Assembly (NCBI RefSeq): GCF_021028975.2
Contig: NC_059425.1
Span: 27,156,001 to 27,220,000 of the forward strand
DNA: 64,000 bases
Direction: 5' to 3'
Source of the DNA: Sphaerodactylus townsendi
Taxonomy: Eukaryota
Every line of letters starts with the position of its first letter. Position 1 is the stretch's first letter. This document shows, in pieces, positions 51,119-63,084 of this stretch. Below the pieces are notes generated by a model. That model was not told the origin of the DNA. It searched no databases and saw only the letters and a list, made by a program, of their open reading frames with translations. A program made the translations under genes and the position numbers.

Positions 51119-51434
51119 CTATATGCCCTATAAGACAGACACCATTATAGGTAAACAGCAGCTCTGGTATGTGTATAAGAGTTCACCTGGAGAAAATGAC
51201 TGATTTGGAGGATGAACTCTATGACATTGTACGTTACTGAGGTTCCTGATCTTTCCAGGATCCACCCACAAATCTCCAGGAGTTTCCCAGTCTGGATTTG
51301 GTAATCCTAGCCTGTAAAGCTGAATTCAGGAAATACATTTCAATTTTTCTCTCCTTATAATGCAGTTCTGCACTGCAGCCACTAGGGGCACAGGGAAGGC
51401 AAAGCAGAGTGAATAATAATAGCTCAGTCTCACA

Positions 51435-51569
51435 CAGGGGTCTGCAACCTGCGGCTCTCCAGATGTTCATGGACTACAATTCCCATCAGCCCCTGCCACC
51501 ATGGTTAATTGGGGCTGATGAGAATTGTAGTCCATGAACATCTGGAGAGCCAAAGGTTGCAGACCCCTG
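51435..51569. mobile_element. Palindromic hAT MITE, CAGGGGTCTGCAACC termini
   Basis: TSD gtctcaca/gtctaaca; same core. Confidence 0.88.
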
Positions 51570-52639
51570 GTCTAACAGTTCACTGGGCTGTTCTACAACG
51601 GATCTGAGGCTGATTATGCACAATGCGTTTGCTGCGTGGAGGGGTGAATGTCCATTGCAGCAGATGTCTTGCATGGTATATTTCTTCAAGCCCCACTTTC
51701 ACTTTTCATTCTCCCTGCACAGCAAGCAAGACTACTTTTAGCATGAATTTAATTTTGCTTAACCGTCAGAGCGGGACAGATTTGCCAGTGGGCACAGCTT
51801 TGCCCTGGACATGCCTTTCCCTCTGCCCAGGGCCAGCCCTGCCACTCCCTCACGCTGCTTTGCATTCCTCCTCCCCCCCCCCCACGTAGTCAGCTCTTAC
51901 TGCTTCTCCAAATACCTCTGTAGATATATTAACATTATTATAACAACATCCGGTGCACACTCCAGGCACACCCTCTGGCATATTATTCTTTCCCCTCTTT
52001 CCCCTCCTGCAGCAGGGCAAGGCTCCACAGCTCGGGAGTCTGGGATCCAGTGACACTTTCTCCCTATTATGCTCGGGTCGCAGTCACTTTGCCTGGCTCC
52101 CCCCTCCCCCGATCTGTTCGACTGGAGAAAATGGCTGCTTTGGAAAGTGAACTCTATGGCATTATATCCTACCGAGGTTCCTCCCTTCCCCTAACCCAGC
52201 TCTCCCCAGACTCTACCCCCCAAATATCCTGGTATTTCCCAATTTAGAGCTGGCAACCCTGATTATTTAAAACATTTTGATGTGTTCCATAAACACTCTG
52301 TTATTATGTGTTGCCTATTGTATGATAACCTGGCCCTGGATATTCCAATTCCTTTCAATTTTGGCACTCTAACTTCCATGATCATCCTGAAGTTGATGAC
52401 CAGTTTTAAGATTCCGAGCTGTATTTTCTGATACACAAATGGACAGAGAGATGGACACACTGATTTTTTAATTGTAATAATAGCAAGCCAAATTGTTGTG
52501 ATATTTGGTTTGGATTGGGGGTCAACTTGAGTGGCCCAGGTGGAATCTTTCTCTGACGATGCATGGTGACTCCTGGCTTTTCCAACCAACCACTCAACAC
52601 TGTTTAGGAAGACTGGCGATTCCCAGCTGATGGTGTCAT

Positions 52640-52730
52640 TCACAGTCTGCCATCTTGTGATACCTCTTGGCTCACTTTCCTCAGCAACACATTTTCTTGG
52701 CCTTTGGCAATGCATTGTTCTGGTATCCTT
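52640..52730 (-). CDS. SLC22A6: SLC22A6-like terminal coding exon
   Basis: ttcccaacag| acceptor; phase-2 join gives GRIPEQCIAKGQENVLLRKVSQEVSQDGRL* (OAT1 ends QEKNGL); possible ATTAAA at 52467-52472 (minus). OAT1 versus another OAT paralog is not certain. Confidence 0.7.
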
Positions 52731-53885
52731 CTGTTGGGAACAAAGGACAATCAGGGTTCAGAACTGCACCTCAGCTCTTTAGATATCATGTCAAACTGTG
52801 GTTTGCATGAATCATCACGTAGAATCCAAACCCAAGTTCCAAATGGTTGTTTTCCATCAGCTCAGCTCAGAACCCCTGTCTCCAGGTGTAGCAGCCTCCA
52901 GAAGTAGAGCAATTTAGGATTTCTGAATTCACACCAAACCAACATGAGCACAAACCAGGGTTTGCAAACTTCACTTCAAACGTCAGGTTTTGGCTGGCAA
53001 ACCAGAATCAGTAGCAATCCATGATATGACCCTTCAGAAAAACCTCAGTTAAGCTTCCTGTTAGTTGCCAAGAGGCTTGAAGAAAAATGCCCCATTTCTT
53101 CAGCAGAAGCTTACTATGCAGAAATGGGCAGCGGAAGTGTTTCATGGCTTAGAGATAAATAAAAGTCCATTAAGCCTATATTAAATAGATAGGATACATT
53201 TTTTCCTGGCCAGTTGGCAGCTCTGTTTTCCATTTGAATTGAGCCAATGTATTTCAACATCAAGTGTACCTGTAAATATGGCTTTTGGGGTTATTATATG
53301 AAATGAGAACTACTGGGCTCAGTTTTCTGACCCTCTGTTGTTAAGATCAAAATTTAAAATCCAAATCCTGTTCCAAGGAACGTTTCAGAATATGTTAGAA
53401 CAAATTAAGAACTCCCTTGCTGAGTCAGGCCAAAAGGCCTGCCACTTTCATCTGGCAACCTGTTTCCAATGATGGACAGCCTCTGGAAAGTTCACAAGGA
53501 ACACAGAAAGCTTTTAAGAAGAAGAAGTTTGGATTTATATCCCTCCTTCTCTCCTGTAAAGAGGCTCAAAGTGGCCTACAAACTCCTTTTCCCTTCCTCC
53601 CCCTACAACAGACACCTTGTGAAGTAGGTGGGGCTGAGCGAGTTCCAAAGAACAGTGACTAGCCCGAAGTCACCCTGCAGGGATGTAGGAGTGGGGAATT
53701 TGGTTCACCAGATAAGAGTCTGCCATTCATGTGGCAGGAATCAAACCCGGGAATCATGTGGCGAGAATCAAACCCAGGAATCAAACCTGGGTCTCCAGAG
53801 TAGAGTCCACTGCTGTTAACCACTACACCACACTGGCTGTCAAGGCAGAGAGAGAATTCGGACCTGGCTCTCTGTTATCCAAGTC

Positions 53886-54237
53886 CAGGAATACCCAACC
53901 TTTTTGAGCCTCTGAGCACCTTTGGAATTCTCACACTGTGGCGATGACAGCCATAAAATGACTGCTTCAGAAGGCAGAGCCAGCCACAAAAATGGCAGCT
54001 GCAGTTTACTTTCAGTCACAAAATGAAGATTGTTGAGCTGTGGTGGCAGCTGCTGCCAAAAAAAAAAAAAGGGTTTAAAATTGTCACAGGCTCTCAAGTC
54101 TCCAACAGCCAATCAGAAATCTAGTTGGGCAAAAAAAAACCACTGGCCCCACCCACTTTCTAAAAACACTTGGTGGGCACGATGAAAGATGTTGGCAGGT
54201 GCCACGATGCCCACAGACACTACTTTGGGGACCCCTG
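53886..54237. mobile_element. hAT MITE, older
   Basis: caggaatacccaacc / tttggggacccctg; TSD tccaagtc/tcctaatc (6 of 8). Confidence 0.65.
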
Positions 54238-54567
54238 TCCTAATCTAACATTCAACCACCATACCATACTATATCACATCACCATATGATGGCTGTTCCT
54301 TTTTCTTTATCCCCATCAGCTGCCTATGTCCATGGATATTTTAACCACCATGGCTAATACCTACTGATAATCTTAGGCTCCTCAATTAATCTGTTTTAAT
54401 AGAGTTGTGACATTTGAATTTAACACAAGACTTTAGAATCTTACCTGTTATACTATACCAGTTTTTTTCTAGACAATGCCACCTCTGCTTTGTTCGCATC
54501 ATGTACTATGTTGGTGCTAGCCTGTTAGCAAATAATAGTGGATGAAGAAGCCCTGAAAGCGACTCAC

Positions 54568-54771
54568 CCGCTCTCAACATCTTCGATGGTGTCCGGAAGT
54601 GGCACGTTGCGTGTCTCCGGCAGGAAGATGGCAGCAAACCCTGACAGGATCGGGGCCGTCCCATATATGATTGGTGGGAGGTATGGGAAATATTCCCCCG
54701 TTATCCTTACCATCGGCGCCACTATGCCCCCAACACGAGCCAGGGTGCTGCCCAGCCCCATCCCGGTCTGT
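54568..54771 (-). CDS. SLC22A6: SLC22A6-like coding exon (204 bp)
   Basis: QTGMGLGSTLARVGGIVAPMV...LPETRNVPLPDTIEDVES; ttgcag| acceptor and |gtgagt donor. Confidence 0.93.
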
Positions 54772-54964
54772 CTGCAAGTGTAGAAAACAACCTTTAAAGG
54801 AGAAACCATAGATTTGTAAAAACAAAGAGCAGATTTCTTTGGGTTCTCTAAACACAATGACCAAAATCTCCCAAGATCTCATCTGTTTTGATCTTAATTG
54901 CTGTAATTACTGTAATCCTCTCTTTAGTATGGTATGTCAAACTTTAGACAGTTTTGTTGCCTTA

Positions 54965-57304
54965 GGCCTTTTCTACACAAGTTGTTTACAATATATCTTG
55001 TCTAATGCTACATTTTTCTTTTAATTTTTGTGTCCCCCCCCCATTGTTTTGGGGCTTTCCCCCCTTGTCTCTTCAGTTGCATTTATTCCACACATTACTA
55101 CTGAAAATGTACTAACCCTGATAATGGTGGGATATCACCTGTAATGCAGAAGAACACCCTCTTCCTTTCACAGGTGCTCTAGTGTTACTGCACTGTTACA
55201 TTTTGAAGCGGCAATTCAAAAACGTCACAGCCTCCATTTCTACACTTGAGAACTACCAACCCAAAATAGAACCTAAAACAACTCCTGGACCAGGTGCCAT
55301 TACATGAAGGAATGGAAACATGTAGCCCACCCTCCCACACAGAGAAAGAGAACCACATTTGTTGGCCAAATTTGATCTGCAGTAACTCACAATTGTTCCT
55401 GCAGCAGTCCCCAATTACATGCAGCAGTTACTCCTAGTGCTCTTTTCAATTGCCCCAGGCTGCTGCAAAACCACTCTCTGCCCTAAAGTTACATTGGGAG
55501 TTCAATATGAAATTGACAAAGCTGATCCAACTGACCGTGCTAGTTTGTATCTCTGCCTAAATGTTAAGATCTCAAATTCTATGTGAATTTTAAAAGCTGA
55601 TCCAATCGAACATGTTAGTTTGTATCTCTACCATGCTAGTTTATATCTCTGCTATTTTTCCGATCCATTTCTGAGTCAGCTGCCCTTGAGTGTACAATTA
55701 TGTTGAAACGGCTTTTATACCTCTGCCCCACCCAACACCTGGCCCTTATCCATGCCCCCATGTAGTCACCCAACCTCCTCTTCAGACATTTTCTTCTTCC
55801 CATCATCCTCTGTTTTAAAAATAACTTTTAATTTTTTTCTCTTTGTCTCATATTAGTGATGTAATGTTAGGGCACAGACACAAGCCAGGCTGATTGTATC
55901 AGCTTTGTCAATTTCATCTTGAATTAGCAATGTAACCTTACGGCAACAATATACCTTGTCTCCTGTTAAGAGTGGATGTAATTGACAAAGAAAGTTGCTT
56001 TTGAAGGAGGAATTGACAAGCACTTGATGCAATAATGATTATATGTTAGTACAGCTCTAATTTGGCTGGGAAATGTGGTTCTTTGAGATAGGGAGGAGGG
56101 GGTACATATTTCTGTTTCTTCATTTTGGGGGTTTCCACCCTTGCCTCTTCAGTTGCATTTATTCCACAGACTACTGCTGAAAATGTATTATTTCTGATGG
56201 TGGTGGGATGTCATCAATAATGCAGAAGAATAACCCTCCCCCCCTTTTTATTCTTTTGCACAGTCAGTCTAGTGTTACTGTGCTGTTATCTCTACCTCAG
56301 TGACACATTGCTAGTTCAATAAGACAAACAGGAAAAAATAATTTAAAATTCCATTACCTGACAAAACAGAAATAGTATTATTTTTGCTTCCACTTTGTGC
56401 AAACACCTGGCTTTTATCCATGCCCCACGTAGTTGCCCAACCGCCCCTTCAGCCATTTCCCCCTCCTCTTCTGTTTTCAAAAGGAATTTTAAATTAATTT
56501 TTCTGTTTGTCATATTGAACTAGCGATGTGTCGCTGAGGCAGTGATAACTGCGTAGTAACGCTAGAGCAGACCTGGGCATTATACGGCCCACGGGCCACA
56601 TCCGGCCCGCCGGATGACCCTGACTGGCCCCTGCTTTAAAAGAACCCGTCATCAAAATGGCGGCCGGGAGAAGCGGCGCGAGACTGGGATTATAAAAAAA
56701 AGCCTCTCTCGGTCATTCACACACGCGTGAGCACGTCCCCCTCTTGGGAGCCCCACCTTCTTATGCAGGCGCAGTGTCAGGAACAGACGGGGAGGATCGC
56801 GAAAGAGTTTTTAAAAAGCTGTAGTTCTCTCCCCCACCCTTGGAGCCCCGCCACATTGCGCAAGCGCCGTGAGAGGAAAAGGTGGGGAGGGTGGTGAGAG
56901 CGAGTGACTGTTGCTATGCGAACTGCCGCCGAAGGGCAAGGAGCGGGAAGGGCTGACCTGAGCACGCCCCCTCTGGATGGGAGGAGGGCCCGGCCCTCCA
57001 CAATATTTTCTGTTTCTTATGCGGCCCCATGGAAAAAATAATTGCCCACCCCTGCGCTAGAGTGACTGTGCAAAAGAATAAAAAAAGGGGGAGGGTTATT
57101 CTTCTACATCCTGGATGATATCCCACCACCATCAGGAATGACACATTTTCAGCAATAGTGGTGGAATAAATGCAATTGAAACCCCCCCTAATGATGAGGG
57201 GGGAGGGGGGAACAGGTGTGCAGAATGATTTTACGGAAAATTTCCAAAACACAAGGTTTGACCACTGAGAAAATCTGAGGTAAGCTGAGCATGAAGAAAA
57301 GGCC
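54965..57304. mobile_element. Large non-autonomous PIF/Harbinger-like fold-back element in an SLC22A6 intron
   Basis: TTA+GGCCTTTTCT...AGAAAAGGCC+TTA; internal direct and inverted ~130-200-bp modules. Confidence 0.65.
56568..57054. mobile_element. hAT (Charlie-like) element nested in the fold-back element
   Basis: cagacctgggca / tgcccacccctg; perfect TSD cgctagag; CpG-rich interior. Confidence 0.87.
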
Positions 57305-58197
57305 TTAAACAGGTTTTTTCACTTGTGTTTTCTTTCAGTTCTTCAGTCCCAGCACCACGGCGTAGTTTTATTCCTTAGACACCTTTGCTGTCTGACTGAA
57401 TTGTTTTTATCATATTCGGTAACCTGCTTTGAGTCTCAGTGAGAAAGGTTGGCTATAAACAAAGATGATGACTGTTATACCGATGATGATGATATTAATA
57501 ACTAGCAATAAAGCCCGTTGTGTGAGAATACACAACAGGCTTTAGCAAACTTTAAAAAGTGGGTTGGTGTATTGATTTCCACTCATGTTTTAAAGAGCTG
57601 CACAGGCGAGTTTGTGTCAGCGCGGCCTATCCCCTCTGCTCCACTGATGTGACTGTACCTGCACAGCTCTTTAAAAAGTGAGTTGTTGCCAGTACTGCTT
57701 GCCTTTTAAATAATAGGATATTCTTTAAATTTCAGTGGCTAAACCAGCCAGCTCAAGTGTGTGGGTATGTGATTGGCCTTTTATGTACTAAAATAACATA
57801 CTTGAGAATAAACTGACCCGAATATAAGCCAAGGCACCTAATTTTACCACAAATAACTGGGAAATTTATTGACTCAAGTATAAGCCTTCGAACTTGACTC
57901 AGTAGCAGCTAAAAGGAGAAGATTTGGGAGCAAGATGAGATAGAGTTGCTTAACAGAGTTTGCATTAGGAATGAGCAGCTTTCCAGCACTCTAGGAACAC
58001 AAATGAACAACTGTTTCCTCCAAATGTAGAATAATTCAGGGATTCATAGCCATGGCAGCCTAAACTTTGCTCCAAAGAAAGTCTTTGTCTTCAGCAACAT
58101 CAGTATTTGGCAGTAAGCTACTGTATGAAGAATTGTATTCATCTAGAATGCAATGCCCCAATAACCCTTAGGAGAGAAATGCCTCGGTTTCTTTTAA

Positions 58198-58299
58198 CAC
58201 ACCCACACCCACACCCACACCCACACCCACACCCCCACCCCCACCCCCACCCCCACTCCCACTCCCACACACCCACTCCCACACACCCACACCCACACC
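58198..58299. repeat. (CACACC/CACCCC)n hexamer microsatellite
   Basis: Direct reading; explains the HP/GV-repeat ORFs in the ORF track. Confidence 0.95.
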
Positions 58300-58426
58300 C
58301 TATCTGTAATGCTATGCAGGCTGTCACAGCTTGTTTTTACGGCTCTCTGGTGAGTTTGAAAAAAAGCAGCAACATGCTTACCTGATCCCCACAGCAGCCC
58401 CAGCTCCGGCTGGCATCTTGGAATTA

Positions 58427-58520
58427 CCGTATATACTCGAGTATAAGCCGAGGCGGGGGGGGGGGCTTTTTCAGCATAAAAGTGTGCTGAAAAGGTCAGC
58501 TTATACTCGGGTATATACGG
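58427..58520. mobile_element. Tc1/mariner-type MITE, 94 bp
   Basis: TA+CCGTATATACTCGAGTATAAG...CTTATACTCGGGTATATACGG+TA; related left end at ~57800-57885. Confidence 0.85.
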
Positions 58521-58617
58521 TACATAATTTTTTACAAAAGGTTTCAAAGTGGGGTTGGTTTTAAAGGGCTAAGTTAAAAACACAGCATCAGCAAATGAGA
58601 AGGGGGGAGGAACACAC

Positions 58618-58726
58618 CTGATCACCGTTGGGAAAAGTTCTCCTGTGTAGAGATAGAGACAATTGAAGGATGATGCCAGGCATCCTTTCCCAAGTACCGC
58701 CAAGGATGTTCTCAGGGTCTGGAGAT
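58618..58726 (-). CDS. SLC22A6: SLC22A6-like coding exon (109 bp)
   Basis: [37 protein letters not shown] (ELxPTxxR motif; GKGCLA.SFNC is OAT1-like). Confidence 0.93.
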
Positions 58727-59724
58727 CTTAAAGGGGGGTACAGGATAAAGGCAAAGCAAGAGGTTTATTGAGAGTTTTACTGTTTGGTTTTCTAAACTTG
58801 GCTGAAGATTTTTCACTACTTGTAGGGAGTACAGTGTGACCACTATATGAAAGAAGATGCTGGACTTGATTGATCATTTCCTCTGATCTAGCATGGATGC
58901 GCTTATATTCTTATAACTGTTTCAACAAGTACTGGAATATGGAAATGTAATAATACAGAGAGAGTCTTCTAAACATATGCAGAATGCTCATCATCCCTTG
59001 CCATTTCGTAACACAACCAACTCCGGCACATGTGGGTTGGCCCCAAACAGTCCCAGACCATTATCTGAGAGCAGGGTTGCCAACTGAACAGTTCTCCATC
59101 CATATGATTAAGCCCCTCCCCTCCTTCGGGTCCATTGCCAGATTAAGGTTTCCTGACCCCCTCCCCCATCCCTCTTATATGGAAGGAACAAGAGAAAGAC
59201 TTTTTAAAACATTATTTTAAATACTTTAAAAACATTCTTATTTAGTGTTTTTCTCATGACTGAAATGACGCAGATGAAGTCATTGCAGCCGCAAGGGAAA
59301 TGGGTGGGAGGAGCATGCCGGTGGGTGGCTTCTAAAGGCCATTTTGGCTCCCTTCCCCTCCCTAGATTGGTCACAGAGCAGCCTCCTGTCCTTGCAAAAT
59401 TTGCATCTTCCAAGCTTTGGTAACTGTGTGAATGGCACACCCCATCTCATCTCCCCCTAAGACTCTTTGGAAATGTCAGGAGTGCTTTGATTGTGTGTTC
59501 CTGCATGGCAGGGGGTTGGACTTGATGGCCCTTGTGGTCCCTTCCAACTCTATGACTATGTTCTGGAGGATTCTGGGAGTACAACTGACTGCCTTTGGCT
59601 GGTTGTTTGTACCCTCTGCTATGGGAAAATAGAGAAGAGAGTGCTTCTGAGCATTTCCTAAACAACACCCCCTCTGCTCTATGCAATCCAGCCATAAAGT
59701 CCATATGCCCCAACAGTATCTCAC

Positions 59725-59939
59725 CATGGGGTACAAATATATTGGCCAGGATGGCCAAGCCAGCCAAAATAACAGACAAAGCCTGTGTAGTTCGCCGTCC
59801 AATGTAGCTCATACCGATGGCAGCAATCAGCTTGGCTGGGATATCAATAGAACCAAAAGCCACCTGTATCAGATAGATGCTGAAACCAAAGTTCTGAAGA
59901 TCCATGGCGAGGCCGTAGTAGGAGAAACTAGTAGCAAAC
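59725..59939 (-). CDS. SLC22A6: SLC22A6-like coding exon (215 bp)
   Basis: FATSFSYYGLAMDLQNFGFSIYLIQVAFGSIDIPAKLIAAIGMSYIGRRTTQALSVILAGLAILANIFVPH; canonical splice sites. Confidence 0.93.
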
Positions 59940-60253
59940 CTGACAACAGAGTACAAAGGCACAGGAAAAAAGACATTAAGTGGCTTGCTCCTGGTTGTTG
60001 CTGTCTGTCTAAATAGGCTACACTATCACACAGATTGGGCATAATGGCCAATGTGATTACTGCAGCCAAGGGGGCATGGCTGGTGTCATTACTCATGTAG
60101 CAGAGTCCTTGCCCTCATTCTTAGAAAACAGAGGGCTTGAATTTCACATTAGCAAGATGGGTGTGATCAGGGCCTGCCCTTTATTCTGACACTTGCAGGT
60201 CCCCCCAGAGTACCTTTGTGGATCAGAATTTGTGAAATGCTGATCTAGCATAC

Positions 60254-60369
60254 CAAACACTGGAAATGCAGCACGAGATCCGGCGTACGGTGGGCGTTCG
60301 GACCAAGCTGACAAAAGTGTGGGAAGTATTTGCCAGGGCCATTTCTTTCTGCATGTTAGATTTCAAAAC
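60254..60369 (-). CDS. SLC22A6: SLC22A6-like coding exon (116 bp)
   Basis: VLKSNMQKEMALANTSHTFVSLVRTPTVRRISCCISSVW; ctgcag| acceptor and |gtatgc donor; frame continuous with neighbours. Confidence 0.88.
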
Positions 60370-60570
60370 CTGCAGAATGACACAGAGCAAATCAAACATT
60401 TTGACTAGTCACCATTATAAATACTTCCCTGGTCTTTCTGGATCATCATTTTCCACTCCACCCCAGGACCACAGCAGGAAAGTACAGACTTTGTAATGGA
60501 GATAGGGATGTCCACCTTCAGGTGGGTCCTGGGGAACCCCCAGAATTACATCATATCTCCAGAATACAGA

Positions 60571-61281
60571 GGTTGATTCCCCATGGTCAATTAATCGTGT
60601 GATACGCACACAAAATATCAAGGTTTCAGCAAAAACTCCCCACTGCTTGAGCGACCAACAGGGATTCATACTGTTTCTGGCGCTCATTCTCCCTCTTATC
60701 CTGCATCCCTGCAGAACCTTCTTGCAAGTACAACTTTTCCCCTTAGCACGCTTTTGATCCAGTTTCATAGGGAGGAATGGGGGTTTGATCTGTGTTTGAA
60801 ATTCCCACCATAGAACGCAAGTCTAGCAACCAATCAGCTCTTGGTGGGCGCGGAGCGATGCATGCGCAGCCTATTCCAGGTTTCAATTTCGCCATTGGTC
60901 TCGGCGAAAGATGTTATCATAACGAAAAACTGCTTAAATGATTGACCGTTCACCCTTCCAAACAAGCGAAAACCCACTCAGCGCCTAAACGCTTAACTGT
61001 TCATCCTTGCAAACGAGCGAACCTCAGGTTAGCAAGTCACAGGGAAAAATTTCCCGCCCAAAATAGGTTCCACCCCAACATAGCACGCCAGCCAATCAGG
61101 AGAGACCCACAAAGGAGATCGCGTGGTCGTGGGGATTGCTACATTTCTGGGATCCAAGATAGGCCTACATGTCTTCGCTGAACACATGCTGCGGTGGGGA
61201 GGTTTAAACCTCGATGAAAAGGTGCGGTTTCTTTACAAACTTGGTTTGATCTAGATAGAAATTCCCCGTGGGGAATCGACC
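60571..61281. mobile_element. Harbinger-like non-autonomous element
   Basis: TIRs ggttgattccccatgg / ccgtggggaatcgacc; 3-bp TSD aga; splits an AGGGTTGCCA-family repeat. Confidence 0.7.
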
Positions 61282-62960
61282 AGAGATTAGTTTCCCTGGA
61301 AAAAATGGATGCTTTGGAAGGTGATTCTGTCCTCCCCAGGCTCCATCCCCAAAGCTCCAGAAATTTCCTTACCTGGATCTAGCAACTCTACTCCTAATTG
61401 GAGGCTTTGACATGGAATTTGGTGACTTGGAAATCTTAGCTTCCATATTTTAAAAAAATGCCTAAACTTAGTGAATTGTTTGCTTCATTGTCTACTGCTG
61501 GAGGCTGAGGACAGTATTTGCAGGCTGTTGAAAATGGGACCTGTTCCATTTTCCCTTCTTTCGATCTCAAATGAACAAGGAGAGCCAAGTTCTTAACCCT
61601 GCAAGATCCTTTTGTTCACAGGTGGCATGTAAGTGTCTGCCATGCCTCTGTTAAAACACACTCTCTTCAAAAAATAAAAACACTCTTACTTTTAAAAACA
61701 AATGTCTGTCACCAGCCTAAGACAACCTTAATTAGAATCATTATCCTTTATAACTTGTGTTTTCCTGCTCAACAAACTTTGGGATGAGATTACCACTAAT
61801 ACTACAATTTCATAGCATGGGGAAACTGAGGCAACAGATGATCACATTAGGAAATCCAATCCTTCTTGCCTGTAAGAGTTTACAGTGGGTTCATCACTGA
61901 CTTGAATTCAATGGAGGGATGTAGACTGTGATTTGAGGATGACTAACTGGTCACGAAGCAGCCAGAGTGATCTGAACTCACCTTCTTAAAAGCAAGCCCA
62001 AATATTTGTGAAGTGGCCCACTTGTGTTTGATAATGAAATGCAGAGCTCAGAGTGGTGACAGACAGTTATTATGAAGAGAGACGAAAGTGTTGGGGGAGA
62101 TGTTTCGTTCCCATGGTAGAGGCACATGTTTGTTTGTTTGCTGGCCCAAAGTGGCCTGGTCAAACAGGTTTTTGAAACAATGCAAGAACTCATTTTGTCC
62201 AGAGTCAAAAATAGAACGCCTACATACCCCAGAAGTATCTTTTCCAAACCACCTTCAGGTCTCTGAAGCTACTCTCGTTTATCTCCAGGTGGCAGGAAGC
62301 CATGGCCTCAAAGAACTGAGGAAAAGCTCTCTCCACACACAACACACGCTCAATCACGTGTATCTCCCTCTATAGTGACAGCAAAACCTACAGTTGCCAG
62401 GGGACTGTTTGAAAACAAACATCGATCTTCTGCAAGTGATTCCACCCAGTGGAGAAGAGCAGAACGCTCTCTGAGGAAAATTAGCTGGGAGTAAGCATCG
62501 TTCAAGTCAGTGGGATTTACTTCTAAGTGGATATGAATAGGATCTGGCTGCAGTTCTTTCTCTTGGAGTTAAGGGGGCAGAATCTTGTATTCTCTCTCCC
62601 CCTTTTCCTTGTCCCATTTCTGTTGATTAATTCTTTTTGAGAATCCCAGATTCATACCAGGGTGACATCGATTGGCATTCACACCCAAATGCTCAGAGAT
62701 GAGTTTTTTGAATGTTTGAGGTATTTCACATTAGTTACCTTGGAAAGGGTGAATAGAATTTTAAGACCAAGTTTTTGCTAAGGTGCCCTTAAAAAGCCAA
62801 AGTTGAAAATACCAAAATTTCAATTTTTGACAAACTGCAATGAACATTTCAAATTTTAACATTTCAGACTTTAAGAATCCCATCCCAAATTTGAATTTTG
62901 TTCCTTCTTTAATGACAGATAAAAAGAGTCCGTACATTCTGGCTTCAAACCCTTTTGTAC

Positions 62961-63084
62961 CTCTGTTGTGAGCTTTTCTCCTTCTTCCTTTTTTCCATTG
63001 ATCTCTGCCACCTTCTTGAGGACTTCTACAGCTTGCTCTGGCTTGCCGGAGAGAACCAGCCAACGAGCAGATTCAGCAAACCAC
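62961..63084 (-). CDS. SLC22A6: SLC22A6/OAT1-like organic anion transporter coding exon (124 bp)
   Basis: WFAESARWLVLSGKPEQAVEVLKKVAEINGKKEEGEKLTTE (ESARW motif); ccaag| acceptor and |gtacaa donor. Confidence 0.9.

Noticed and set aside
54445-54521. Possible extra SLC22A6 exon (AG...GTAAG on the minus strand)
   Set aside because: The upstream intron would be only ~46 nt and the in-phase reading stops after GLAPT
57348-57368. REST/RE1-like site (cagcaccacgg); similar half-site near 23505
   Set aside because: Only one half of the 21-bp consensus matches
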